Translations under genes and position numbers: made by a program
The notes under the pieces: generated by a model
Databases searched by the model: none
The model's input: only the letters and a program-made list of their open reading frames with translations
What the model was told of the DNA's origin: nothing
Shown here: piece by piece, positions 1 to 11,566 of the stretch
Position numbering within the stretch: the stretch's first letter is position 1
Layout: every line of letters starts with the position of its first letter
Source of the DNA: Felis catus
Lineage: Eukaryota
Reading direction: 5' to 3'
DNA length: 64,000 nucleotides
Assembly (NCBI RefSeq): GCF_018350175.1
Contig: NC_058368.1
Coordinates: forward strand, 153,762,001 to 153,826,000

Positions 1-742
1 ATTTCTGAACAAATCAAAGAAGATTCTTTAGTATTTATGAGAGAAATAAATTATATTATGACTGTTTAGAAAATTTTGGACAGGTTAGTACATAGTTGAT
101 TTTGTACTGTCTTTAGAGTGTTTTCCTTATAGAGACAAGGAAACTAATTCACTTCCACTGAAATGTAGCCAGGCAATTTTATACAACGTAAGCAGTGTGG
201 ATATTGATAGAAAAAGTTTTTTACAAATCTAGGCTAAGAATTATAAGTAAAACTAAAAATTGTGATATGTTTAATTGGGTGAAATTTTTGAATGGTAACA
301 AATAAAATTTAAATTCTAAAAATAATACAAGGATGCATGCTTTTTTTAAAGAAATAAAAATATCCAAGAATAATAGTATTAAGTGAAAAACAGCCACAGA
401 AGCAACAATAAAACCTTGACGTCATTGCCTACCCTCATGCAGTAAGATTCCACTATCCTCCTGTCTGTAATTACTGGAAACAATTTGGAGGGCATCCTTT
501 CACGTCTTTCTGTATATATTTATATAAATATATTTTTATCTATATTTGCATGTTAAATGTATGTGTGTACACATGTACATAAAAGAAGTACACATTACAT
601 ATGTGTGTGCATATATATAATCTAGTAAAATTGAAAACAAGTTTTTTCACTTGAAATAAAATGGGCATCAGTACATCAGTTTATTTGTATTCCCCCCCCC
701 TACTTTTTCATACTATTTTTGAATGTGGATGCGACTAAGTAT

Positions 743-988
743 CTTATTTTATTTTATTATTGGTTTTTAAATTAATTTGCTTATTTTGAGAGAGAGCGTG
801 CGTGTTTGTGTGTGCATGTGCAAGTGGGGGAGTGACAGAAGAAGAGGGAGAGAGAATGTCAAGCAGGCTCCATGCTAACAGTGAGGCTAGATCTCATGGA
901 ACTCTGCAAACATGACCTGCGATAAAATCAACCCTGAGATCATGACCTGAGTCTTTTGCTTAACTGACCGAGCCTCCCAGATGCTGCT
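743..988 (-). mobile_element. SINEC (CAN SINE), diverged
   Basis: T-rich tail, (GA) tract, aagcaggctcc, gagatcatgacctga; TSD gactaagtat at 733-742 and 991-1000. Confidence 0.9.
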
Positions 989-1348
989 GGGACTAAGTAT
1001 TTTAAAACATTTTCCTACTGATAGTCATGTGGATGATCTTAATTTTTATTTATAGCCTAAATTAATCCTTATGTCTGTGAGATAGAATTTGAAGTAATTG
1101 ATGGGTTTTCCTAATTGCCAGATATTTTTCAAATTATCTCTGAGAAGTTTGTGTTAGTTTGTATCCCTCTCTGCAAGAGTTAGTAAAAGTACTACTTCTT
1201 CCAGATCCTCATCAAAACATTATATTACTGACCATTATTTTTTGTTAATCTGCTAGTAAAACTCTGTATAATTTTAGCATGCAGTTCTGTTATTACTGGT
1301 GAGGTTGAATATTTTTATATGTTTATTGTATATACACACATACATGCA

Positions 1349-1439
1349 CAGCTGATTCTTGTTATTCCTGGTAGTTATGTTCTATAAAGTCCCTGCAAAC
1401 ACTGAATTAGCGAATACTGAGCCATTGTTCTTAGTGGGA

Positions 1440-1484
<45 letters not shown>

Positions 1485-1950
1485 GAGATACTTATATAAT
1501 CTCATAGATTATAATCTTAATCTTACATCCAAAGAAACAACTCAGTTACCATGGTAGGTTCTTTTCTCTTTATTTTTATGAAAGAGAAAATGAGGTTCGA
1601 AAGTGTTATGTGACTTTCCAGGGGCTGCTGCACTAACAGGTACCAGAGCTGGGTTTCAAATCCTGGTCAACTGGTCCCAGAGCCAGAGCTTCTTGGATTC
1701 CACTGCATTGCCCACTGCTATCTCCATCTTCTGGTCATTGTTGTCCGAGAGTGCAAAAAGAAAGCAGAACATTGCCTTGTTTGACCTGAGCTGGGAACGT
1801 GCATATAGGGAGACTCAATTTTTTTCACGGCTATATGTGTGTCCACTAATGACTGTGAAAGCCTACTGAAGTTTGATATTGAGGTTCCAAATAAACTTCA
1901 GGGAGCAGGAGATTCTCAAATAGGGAATTGTGAACAGCAAGGGTCAACTG
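1349..1950 (+). mobile_element. TcMar-Tigger non-autonomous element (MER82/Tigger9-like), with internal (CA)n and MIR-like segment
   Basis: Starts cagctgattcttgttattcctggtagttatgttctataaagt, ends gggtcaactg; both ends match recalled MER82-type termini and are imperfect inverted repeats. Confidence 0.75.
1442..1482. repeat. (CA)n microsatellite, about 20 units
   Basis: Direct reading. Confidence 0.98.
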
Positions 1951-2010
1951 TTCACACAAATACACAATCTATGTATATGTACATATGTACATACATACAT
2001 ATAATATGTA

Positions 2011-2523
2011 CAGATGGTCCCTGAGTTTATGATGTTTCAACTGACTATTTTTCAGCTTTGTGATGGTGCAAAAGCAATACACATTCATTAGAGACCGTCT
2101 TTACTTTTTGAAATTTGAGCTTTTCCCAGACTAGTGATAAGCAGCATGATGCTGTGATACTGTCCCATGGTGCTGGGTGGTGGCCGCCAGCTGCAGCACC
2201 CAATCAGCCCCTGGAGCAGGAGGGTGAAAAACCCATACGCTTACACCCCTTCGGTACCCATATAGCCAGTCCATTTTTCACTTTCAGTATAGTATCCAAT
2301 AAATTACTTGAGATATGCAACACTTTATTATAAAATAGGCTTTGTGTTAGATGATTTTATCCAGCTCTAGGCTAAGATGTGTTCTGAGCACACTTAGGGT
2401 AGATGAGACTAAGCTATGATGTTAGGTAGAATAGGTGAATTAAATGAATTTTCAATTTAGGATATTTTCAATTTAGGATGGCTTTATCTGGAGGTAACCC
2501 CATTGTAAGTCGAGGAAGATCTG
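2011..2523 (-). mobile_element. TcMar-Tigger element (MER47/Tigger5-like)
   Basis: TIRs cagatggtccctgagtttatgatg and cattgtaagtcgaggaagatctg; TA on the left flank; internal cactttattataaaataggctttgtgttagatgatttt matches recalled MER47 consensus. Confidence 0.85.
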
Positions 2524-3174
2524 CATGTGTACTGCTTTTTACAATATTCTCTGGAGTTATCTTTCTTATTCTTTTGTGGAATAAATTTATAGTTTGTCTA
2601 ATATTTTTTAAATATTTTTTCTCAGTTTGGTCCTCCTGTTTTAAGCTTGTTAATAGTAACTTTAATCTCAAAGGAGGTTTAAATTTCTATGTCATTAAAT
2701 ATGTCAATTTTTCCTTTATGTCTTTTAGCTCTTGGTCTTATTCAGAAAGAACTTCACCATTTAAAAAGTTATATGGTTTCCTTTTATATGTTTTAGCACT
2801 TCAGTCTCCCTTGAATTACTTTTTGGTATACATAATGATGTTGGGTTTTTTAGTCACCTTTTTTTTTTCTTAGAGGAAATTCATTTGTCCTGTAGATGTT
2901 GTTTGAATTATCTATCATTTCTCCTGATTTTAAATGCTTCCATTGTCCACACATATATAGCTTTTGTTTTTTCATTCCATTCTTGTCTTTTCCTCGACCA
3001 CGAGGTATCTTGTTTTTAAAGTTGTACTTTTAAAATATATGGTAGGAAAGCAATCTTTCCCCACTGCCCTTCTTATCAGAGTTATCATGATAATTCTTTA
3101 ACATTTTCCAGAGGTAATTTCTCATTAGTTTTTCTAAATTCCATCAACAGTTTTACTCTATTTATACTGAAATC

Positions 3175-3715
3175 TATATTAGTTATCTGGTGCTATATAA
3201 TAAATTACTTCAAAATTTAGCAACTTAAAACAACTATACTAACTGTATTAAATCAAAAGAAATATTTTCTCAGAGTTTCTGTGGGCCAGGAGTGCTGGCG
3301 TGGCTTTTCTGGATGTCTCTGCCTCAAGGTGTTTTACAAACTTGCATTTAAGGTGCCAGCTGTGGCTGCAGTCTTCTCAAGGCTAGACTGGGGTCAGATC
3401 AGCTTCTGGGCTGGTGTCAGGATTCAGTTCCTCATGGACTGTTGGACTGAGGACCTTATTTTCTCTTTGCTCTTGGCCAAAAGCTGCCCTTGGTTTCTTG
3501 CCACATGGGCTTCTCTGTAAGTTAGTTGACAACATGACTGCTGAGTTCCCCCAGAACCAGCCATGCTGAGAGTGAGAATGAGCAAAATAGAAGCCAGTCT
3601 TTTCTAATCTAATCTCAGGAGTGGCAGCCCATCATGATCATTAGAATGAATAATGAGGTCCAGTCCACAGTCAAGGGGAGGACATTATACAAGGGCATAG
3701 AGTAACTGGTGCCAG
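3175..3715 (-). mobile_element. MaLR LTR (MLT1F/G/H-like)
   Basis: tattagttatctggtgctatataataaattacttcaaaatttagcaacttaaaacaac start; ggctgcagtcttctcaaggctagactgggg and cttgccacatgggc internal motifs. Confidence 0.8.
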
Positions 3716-4754
3716 CTTTATAATATTGAATCTTCTCATAGAAGAATATGGTAGCTTTCCTCAACTGGTTATTTTTTTTTAAATGCTTTAATTATTTTGT
3801 TACTGAGAATAGAATTTTACAAAGTTCCAATTGCGGTTGGTTGTGCCATTACAAGTCTGTGTATGTGTGCACGCGTGTGTGTAAGACATTTATAAATTTT
3901 AATTTTTTAACTTTACCTTTTGAACATTCTGTTAGCATTATTTTGTGTGTGAATAATAATGGTTTAAATTATGCCTTTTAAGTGTTGACATACCTTATTT
4001 TTCTTCTTTTAGTGCATTGGCTGCCACAATCATAACAATGCTGTATAATAGCAGTGGTAGCAATCATCCTATGTTGTTTTGGATTTCATCATCTGTTTTG
4101 TATCATTACCAGATTATAATGTTTTTCTTCTTTTGATCTGATAATGCGGTATATTGCATTAGTTGAAACCATGTTTTCATTGCTAAGATAAACTACCTGT
4201 GTGCTAATGTTTTACTTAGGAATTTTGTATCCATATTCAACTGTAAGGTCGATTTTTGTCTTCCTTGGTTCTTCCTTCAGAAGGTTTCAAAATGACTATG
4301 ATACTCTGATAGAATGCTTTAGGGGGCTTCCATTTTTAAAATAATCATATAGTTTATACAGTAGAAACCTTATTGTAATGTCATGTGATTGACATGCAGC
4401 ATCTTGAAATTGACATGTAGCACTAAAGTAAAATTACAAGTATACAAAATAAATATAACTCTGATTAAGTTCTTTACTATGCATTGCTCACATGTATGAG
4501 GCAGCAGTAAGAGTATATTTAAGACTCACTTTTAGTTGGAACTCAAAAGAACGTTTCTGAAGTGCATTTCTGTACGATGACATTTTCAGAGTTTGGAAAG
4601 TAATCTATTTAGGGTGCAAAAGTTTTGTTTTCCTCCAAAAAAACTTGCCAGTTTTTGAAGATGCCAACTATTTATTATTTCCTTGCTACAGACTTTTTGT
4701 TTTTGTAATAACTATGTCAGAAATATCTACTAATACATTTAGAAAATTAAAAGA

Positions 4755-4890
4755 TTACTTTTTGAGCCATTTGAGGCTTACAGAAAAATTGAGTGGTAAG
4801 TACAGAGTGTCCATAAACCCTTACACTATGTGCTCTTGCTTAGTTCCCCCTGTTATTAACATCTTGCATTAATTAGTATGGTATATTTGT
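4755..4890 (-). mobile_element. L1MC-like extreme 3' end fragment
   Basis: ttacagaaaaattgagtggtaagtacagag...ttccccctgttattaacatcttgcatt matches recalled L1MC 3' terminus. Confidence 0.65.
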
Positions 4891-5248
4891 AGTACCTTGT
4901 TTTCATAACCTCAGACATAATTATTAAACCAGCCCCCCCTTGCTTTGTTACTTTCTTTTTTTCTGGAAACTATTTGCCATTTTATAGTGGATAATAAAAT
5001 TTAGAAAAAACAAAGGGTGTTTATATTTTAAAATAAAAACCGTTTCATGATCTGATGATATAATAGTAATATGATTAAAGAAGATAAGCATTTTTATTTC
5101 TAGAAAATTTAATAAATGTCCTTTAACCATTTAAAAACTATTCTTTGTGAGAAAATGAATATATAATGTAAATTATTCTTCTGATTTGTATTTAATATTG
5201 CCAAAAAAGGAAGAGGATGAAGATCCTCAATGAGGATGATAAATAATT

Positions 5249-5462
5249 AAAATTTTTTTTCAATGTTTATGTATTTTTGAGAAAGAGAGAGAGAGGTGGA
5301 GCATGCATGGGGGAGGGGCATAGAGAGAGGGAGACCCAGAATCTGAAGCAGGTTCCAGGCTCTGAGCTGTCAGCACAGAGCCTTACGGTGGGGCACATGG
5401 ACTGTGAGATCATGACCTGAGCCGAAGTTGGATGCTTAACCAACAGAGCCACCCAGGTGCCC
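5249..5462 (-). mobile_element. SINEC_Fc-like SINE
   Basis: Full body incl. caggttccaggctctgagctgtcagcacagag; TSD tgagga(t/c)gataaa on both flanks. Confidence 0.96.
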
Positions 5463-5889
5463 TGAGGACGATAAAATAATTTAAATGAAAAAAAGCAAGG
5501 AAAATAAAGACGTGAACATCTAACACCTATTTAAAAATTTTTAACATAAATAATCATAAAATCATGATGGTAGAATTTTTAAAAAGTTCCTAAATGTGAA
5601 TTATTACCTGCAGTTCAATTTAACCCTTTATTTAAAAAATGCTGAAACTTTCCCCCATAGACCATAAGTTAATAGTTGCCTTTTCCATATATTAGCCAAA
5701 AGAATACTTAATTATTAAATTCGTAGACAGTGGGATGATTCAGCTAATACAACTTTTATAAGAAATTTGCAAATTTTGAAAACTACTTTATCATATTTTA
5801 ACATTTGAATTCTATAATTGTTTTATATTTTGGATTTTATCATTGTCTGTTATTATTTTTCCATCCATGTTTCTTGATGTGGTTTGAAG

Positions 5890-6462
5890 TGTTGGGGTTT
5901 AGAGCCTACCGCTAAGAAAGAATTCTTGAGACATCTTTGGTGCAAAAAGGTGGTTTTATTAGAGCCCTGGGACAGGAGCTGTGGACGGAAAGAGCTGCAG
6001 TGGGGTTGTGAAGAGAGACTAATTATATACCTTCAGGTTGGAAGGGAGTTAGGGATACCGTAAGTCTCTACAGTATTTTAGAAACAAGGTTTCTAGGACG
6101 TTGAGGGGCTAGCTGCTGTTAGGAAAAGTCCATTTATTACCGTTTAGTAAAAGCTCAGTCATGAGGCCCTTCAAATGTATATCAGGGGGCCATAAGCTTG
6201 GAGAGTCATAACTGCTAACAAATATCTTGGAGAGGAAGGAGGTAGATATAAAGGATGTTTCCAAAGGCATTTTTATATGTTAAAGTAGATTTACAGGGTG
6301 GGGGTAATGTTAAGCTAAGATTGCCTCTTACCTTAGAAAAGTGTCATCCTTGAGGCAGCTGAACTCCCAGAGGAAGTTTACTCTGCCTGTCTCAAGGACT
6401 TGTCACTGGTCTTTATGTTGGAAGCAAATTTTATTTTTCACTTGTCTTTGTTCCCCACATCA
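5890..6462 (-). mobile_element. Carnivore ERV1 LTR (CarLTR1-like)
   Basis: TG...CA termini; aagaaagaattcttgagacatctttggtgcaaaaagg motif; minus-strand AATAAA (tttatt 5955-5960) and TATA-like box (~6023-6029). Confidence 0.8.
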
Positions 6463-7125
6463 TTTCCCAAAGGGGTTAAGACCATTTAAAAAAATTTCAA
6501 AAAGTGAAAGCAAAAAAAAAAAAGGTAAAATAAGAATTAATATGCTAAAATTGAGATAGAATAACAGTGAAATGTTTTCCTTTCAAGTTACTAATGACTT
6601 AGGGGAACATGGTTGATATTCTGTATGATCTTTGAATAAGCCATACTGATAGTTTGCCCTTGGAATGGGATGGGCACCTCTTCTGGAATGGTGAGATAAG
6701 GACCTCTGAAAATCCACTCCTCCTTAAAAGCAAGGAAAACTCTGGCAAAAATTGTACCTTTTCATTATGCTGTAAAATAGCTAAGTGTTTGCAACATTTT
6801 GAGAAGTGTTTATTAAAACAAAGTAAAATAATGAAACAACCAAATGAATCACAGAAAGAACACAATTTTATGGATACCCCTTTCTATGTCTTTTTCCCCA
6901 GTTCTACACAGTAGCCTTGAAAACTTTCTCGATTACAGTGTCTGTGAAAACAGCAGTCACGTAAAGTGAAAGAAGCGTTTGGAGCTCCCTAAAAATCCTA
7001 TCCCCAAAGAATTTTCACTATCTGACCTGTGTAGCTGTTCCATGCAAACTTCGTCCTCAGGGCTTGTGTTGATTTGATCTGAGTCAGGGTTCCCTTTGAG
7101 TGTACAACCCTATGCCCTAGGCCTT

Positions 7126-7130
<5 letters not shown>

Positions 7131-7174
<44 letters not shown>
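7131..7174. repeat. (TA)n microsatellite, about 22 units
   Basis: Direct reading. Confidence 0.98.
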
Positions 7175-7178
<4 letters not shown>

Positions 7179-7961
7179 ATTAGCTTTTGTTTAATATCAA
7201 GTTATTTGAGGCAGCAATACCAGGTAGGGGCTAACAAATAACTCCTCAAAAAAACCTACACAGAATGTGGGAGAATGAGATGTCCTTAAAGAGCTTTACC
7301 CATATCCTTGGGAGTCTCAAAGGTCAGTACTGTATACAGGACTGTGCATAAGCCCAGGGAAGACCTGAGAGAGTGCTGATCTCTCATCTTTGGTTGATCT
7401 AGAGGATCTATCACAGCAGGAACTGAAGGCTAAGGTAGAGTTCTAATTTTCCTGCCAGAGGGTTGAAGTATATACCCCAAACACAGAAAGAACTCCTTGA
7501 CAAATATTGGGAGATTTATTGGTTTGAAAGATTTAAGTAAATCTCTGTTCAATAATTAGCTAACTGCTGAGCTAACAAAGCAGGGGCTTCAATGGCCACA
7601 CATGACAAAGCATACAGAATTTTCAGAATTTGTCAAGAGTAGTCGCTAACACCCTGGGAGGTAGGCATCTAATATCCAGAGTTGTTACAGTGTATTACGT
7701 AAAATGTCTAGTTGTCAACAAAAAATGTTCAAGATATGCAAAGAAACTGAAAAATATGACCTGTGTATAGGAAAGCAAAAACGTAGTCATTAGAAAGTGT
7801 TTCTGAGCAAACCTGCTCTCAGGTTTTAGAAAGTTGTTAAATCACTTACTATAATTATGTTAACAGAAATACAGGAAACAATGTCTAAAAATGAAAGGAA
7901 AATATGAGAATTATGTATCAATAGATACAGAATATCTGTAAGTGGATAGAAACTATAAAAG

Positions 7962-8151
7962 GAACCGAATAGAAATTCTGAAGTTGAAAAGTACAATGTC
8001 TATAATGATTTGAGTTGTCAGAAGAAAGAATCAGTGAACTTAAAAATAGGTAAACTGAACCGAATAGAAATTCTGAAGTTGAAAAGTACAATGTCTATAA
8101 TGATTTGAGTTGTCAGAAGAAAGAATCAGTGAACTTAAAAATAGGTTAACT
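7962..8151. repeat. Tandem duplication, 2 x 95 bp, one mismatch
   Basis: 7962-8056 and 8057-8151 identical except aggtAaact vs aggtTaact. Confidence 0.97.
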
Positions 8152-8792
8152 GAGATAAATTAACCAGTCTAAAACAGAAAGAAAAAAATAATGAAGGAAA
8201 ATGACCAGAAACTCAGAAACATGTAGGACACCATCAGAAAGACCAACATGTACATAATGGAAATTCCAGAAGCAAAGGAGAGTGTGAAAAGAACAGAAAA
8301 AGAAATACTTGAAGAGATAAGAACTAACAATTGCTCAAATTTGATTAAAAACTTTATCCAATATATAAAAGAAATTCAAAGAGCTCCAAGTAGGATAAAC
8401 TCACAGATTCACAGCTAAGGACATCATAAACTGGTGAAACTAAAAACAAAGACAATCTTGAAAGAAGCAACAGAAAAATTATTCATCACTTGAAGATACC
8501 AGTAAAGTAACATCTGTTTTTTGTTTGTTTGTTTGTTTTTATCAGATACTATGGAAGCCAGAAGGCAGTAGAATGACCTATTTGCATTATTGAAAGAAAA
8601 AGACTATGAACAAATAATTCTATAGCAAAACAATTTTTCAGAAAATGAAAGATAAATTAAAACATTTTCAGATTAAACAAAAACTAAGAATACTTGTCAT
8701 TAGAAGACCTGTCCTGTGAGAAATACTAAGGGAGTCCTTTAAACTGAAATAAAAGAAAACTAGGCACTTAACCTGAATGCACATGTGTGCGT

Positions 8793-8793
<1 letters not shown>

Positions 8794-8834
<41 letters not shown>
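8794..8834. repeat. (CA)n microsatellite
   Basis: Direct reading. Confidence 0.98.
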
Positions 8835-8836
<2 letters not shown>

Positions 8837-8960
8837 GCACCAGTGATGCTAAGTAGGTAGATAAATATAAAAGTTGATAACAGAAGTACCAAATTTGTAA
8901 TTCTTTTCTTCTTGTATATGATTTAAAAATCAACTTCATATAACAATATTTAAAAAAATG

Positions 8961-9139
8961 TTTTTAATGCTTATTTATTTTTGAGAGAGTGAGAGAGATG
9001 GGGAGGGGCAGAGAGAGAGAGGGACAGAGGATCTGAAGCAGGCCCTGTTCTGACAGTAGGCAGCCTGATGCGGGGCTCGAACTCACAAACCATGAGATCA
9101 TGAGCCAAAGTCAGACACTTAACCAACTGAGCCACCCAG
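8961..9139 (-). mobile_element. SINEC SINE (few 5' bases missing)
   Basis: ggggctcgaactcacaaaccatgagatcatga...aaccaactgagccacccag. Confidence 0.95.
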
Positions 9140-9169
9140 TAAAGCAATAATTTTAAAACCGTGTTGATT

Positions 9170-9510
9170 ATTTTGGATATTCTGAGTCCCTGGCATTTCC
9201 CTATGAATTTTATCATTAGTTTGCCAATTTTGTAGAAAAACTAAGTGGGATTTTGGTACGAATTGCTTTAAATCTGTACATTGTAAATCTGTACATTGCT
9301 TTAAATCTGTACACTTTGAGAAAGTTTTCCCACCTTAAACATAAAGTTTCTGATCTAGCAACATGAGATATCTGCCCATTTATTTAGGTCTTCTTTAATT
9401 CCTCTCAATATTATCTTGTAGTTTTCCAGAGTTTGTTACATTTTTCCAAGGTATTTTGCTCTTTTTATGTTAGTGTAAATGACTTGTGTTCTTAATTTCC
9501 TTTTCTGTTG
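9170..9510 (-). mobile_element. L1 ORF2 fragment
   Basis: Resembles the window's own L1 at ~22830-23150 (gggattttggtacgaattgctttaaatctgta); contains a local triplication of attg(ctt)taaatctgtac at ~9262-9312. Confidence 0.75.
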
Positions 9511-9599
9511 TTCACTTCTATAACTTACTCGTAACAGGTTCGTAGTAACACATTCATTCTTTGCTTAGGTACCTTGGACATTAAGTTTAACTTTACTAA

Positions 9600-10331
9600 T
9601 GGGAAAAATAGATTGAGTCATGTTCTTATATTTGTCATGATTAATGATGTTAAAATTAGAAATACTTTGGTCAACTCACCATTTTGGAAGAGGAAGTATG
9701 AGATAGATAATTATGTCAATGTTTCAGTGGTTGGAATACATTTTTATGAAAGTTGATACAGATGACCTCATGGGTTTGAGGGCAAAGATATTTGTGAAAA
9801 TTCAACCCAGATTCTTTGAAAAAGCAGTTACTTCTTGACACAATTCTGAAATGATGTTGCAAAATGCAGTATGAGAACTCTGATATCATTTGCCAAAGTA
9901 TATTTATGTGAACTTTGGTTTTAAAACCCTACTACCAGAAAAACAAAACAAAAAAAACCCTGAAATCATTTAATATTTAAAAAAGTTGAATGTACCATAC
10001 ACATTTTCAGCTGTTCACATAAACCAAAAAAAAAAAAAACAAACCACGCAGATGTTTATTGAAATTAACTTTTATGCAGAAATAAAGTTTATATTTGATT
10101 TTATCTGTGCAATTTGCAAAAATTGTTTTTCAGCAAGTGAGTGTTATTTTGCATGAAAAATTAGAATGAGAGGATTATAATTTTGTCAACAATGTCTTTA
10201 TAGCCTATGTGGATAAAATCAAATTTCGAAGCATAAAAATTAAATATAGGCATATTTTGTGTGTATGTGTACATGTGTCTATCATGAGGTTCTGAAAAGG
10301 TCCCAAATAGCTAATAAATTAGAAACCACTG
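9600..10331 (+). mobile_element. hAT-Charlie transposon fossil (transposase C-terminus plus 3' end)
   Basis: 9850-9950 reads DVAKCSMRTLISFAKVYLCEL/GFKTLL..KTK, like the hAT dimerization-domain motif LIPFATTYLCExGFS; ends agaaaccactg like a Charlie TIR. 5' boundary uncertain. Confidence 0.65.
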
Positions 10332-10489
10332 ATATATACAGTTGGTTCAATTAACTCAATATAGGCCCCATAGATTAATTAGTAATTTCATTTTGGGTTT
10401 ATTGATATGTATTCTTCCTTTTCTGTTTTATATCAAGCTGCTGGCCTAAAACATACATTAAAATATTTAATAGGATTTACAACCTAAAA

Positions 10490-10665
10490 TTCTTAATATT
10501 AATCTTTTGAATTGCTCCCACCGCAAGTGCTCCTTCAAGTTTCCCCATCTCACTGTATGACAACTCCTTCATTCTTTTTGCTTAGGAAAAAAGCCTTAGA
10601 ATCATTCTTGACTCTACTTTATCTTATATTCCACACCCAGTCTACCAGGAAATTCTGTTACTTGC
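10490..10665 (+). mobile_element. L2 fragment
   Basis: ttccccatctcactgtatgacaactcc...aagccttagaatcattcttgactc matches L2 ORF2 consensus. Confidence 0.75.
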
Positions 10666-10767
10666 TTTACATGTATTCTCTCATTTAGTGATAATAAATC
10701 TATGAAGTAAAGGTTTTGTTTGTATTTTCAGATAAGAAGACTAGGGAATATTAGTTATCATCAGAGC

Positions 10768-10925
10768 AAATCCTTACATGGCCCTTCCTATGTACCAGGA
10801 ACTCTTTTAGTCACTTAAATTAACCTAAATAGTCCTCCTAACCCTATGGGGTAGGTACAATTAGTATGTCCATTTTACATGTGGGAAAATGAGACACAAG
10901 TGGTTAGATATCTTACCTAAACTTT
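10768..10925 (-). mobile_element. MIR, interrupted at its end by a SINEC
   Basis: accctatggggtaggtac...ccattttacatgtgggaaaatgagacac MIR core. Confidence 0.8.
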
Positions 10926-10937
10926 CATAATTAATTT

Positions 10938-11135
10938 GTTTTTTTAAATGTCTATTTTGAGAGAGAGAGACAGAGAGTGTGCGTGAGTGGGGGAGGATCA
11001 GAGAGAGAGAGAGAGAGAATCCGAGGCAGGCTTAGCACAGAGCCTGATGTAGGGCTCAGACCCATGAACCATGAGATCATGTCCTGACCCAGAACCAAAA
11101 GTCGGGCACCTAACTGACTGAGTCACCCAGGCAAC
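10938..11135 (-). mobile_element. SINEC SINE
   Basis: Perfect 13-bp TSD tcataattaattt at 10925-10937 and 11136-11148. Confidence 0.95.
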
Positions 11136-11500
11136 TCATAATTAATTTCATAATAAGTATAGAAGCCAAGCTTGTCACCAAATATGGCACACTGAAATAT
11201 AGTAAGGTCCTTGCAACTGGAAGGAGGAAATTTTATGAAAACTGAAATTTTAGGAAGCACTACTTAATTAATGGATACTAACCATAAAATTTTATTTTTT
11301 CTTCCATACTAATATGCAATAGGCATTTACCTGATGCCCAGTATGTGCTAGTCATTAACACACAAAGATGAGTACAGTATGTTTCTTGCCCAGAGGAAGA
11401 TCATAATCATGTTGGAGAGGAGAGAATAAATGAAAAGTGAGTGAATGGATAAAGTTATTGTCATCATTAAATATATGAAATATATGGGTATGGCTTTCTC

Positions 11501-11522
11501 TATGTATGTATGTATCTATCCA

Positions 11523-11566
<44 letters not shown>
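11501..11566. repeat. Compound (TATG)n(TATC)n microsatellite
   Basis: Direct reading. Confidence 0.95.

Larger units (their letters stand above)
400..4330 (-). mobile_element. Old, highly diverged L1 (L1ME/L1MB-like) 3' UTR to ORF2, split by nested SINE, two Tigger elements and an MLT1 LTR
   Basis: Segments 1270-1330, 2530-3170 and 3720-4330 resemble, in the same order, the minus-strand L1 at 21880-23860 of this window (e.g. ttattactggtgaggttgaatatttttatatgtttattg). Boundaries approximate. Confidence 0.65.
7200..9160 (+). mobile_element. Old L1 5' UTR/ORF1 region (L1M-type), degraded
   Basis: A-rich ORF1 motifs: gaagaaagaatcagtgaactt, ggaaattccagaagc, gaagccagaaggcagtagaatgac; many stops; interrupted by (CA)n and a SINE. 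Confidence 0.8.

Noticed and set aside
9140..9200. Plus-to-minus L1 switch as a twin-priming inversion
   Set aside because: Arrangement (sense 5' part, then antisense mid-ORF2, no tail or TSD) does not fit a twin-priming product; independent fragments are as likely
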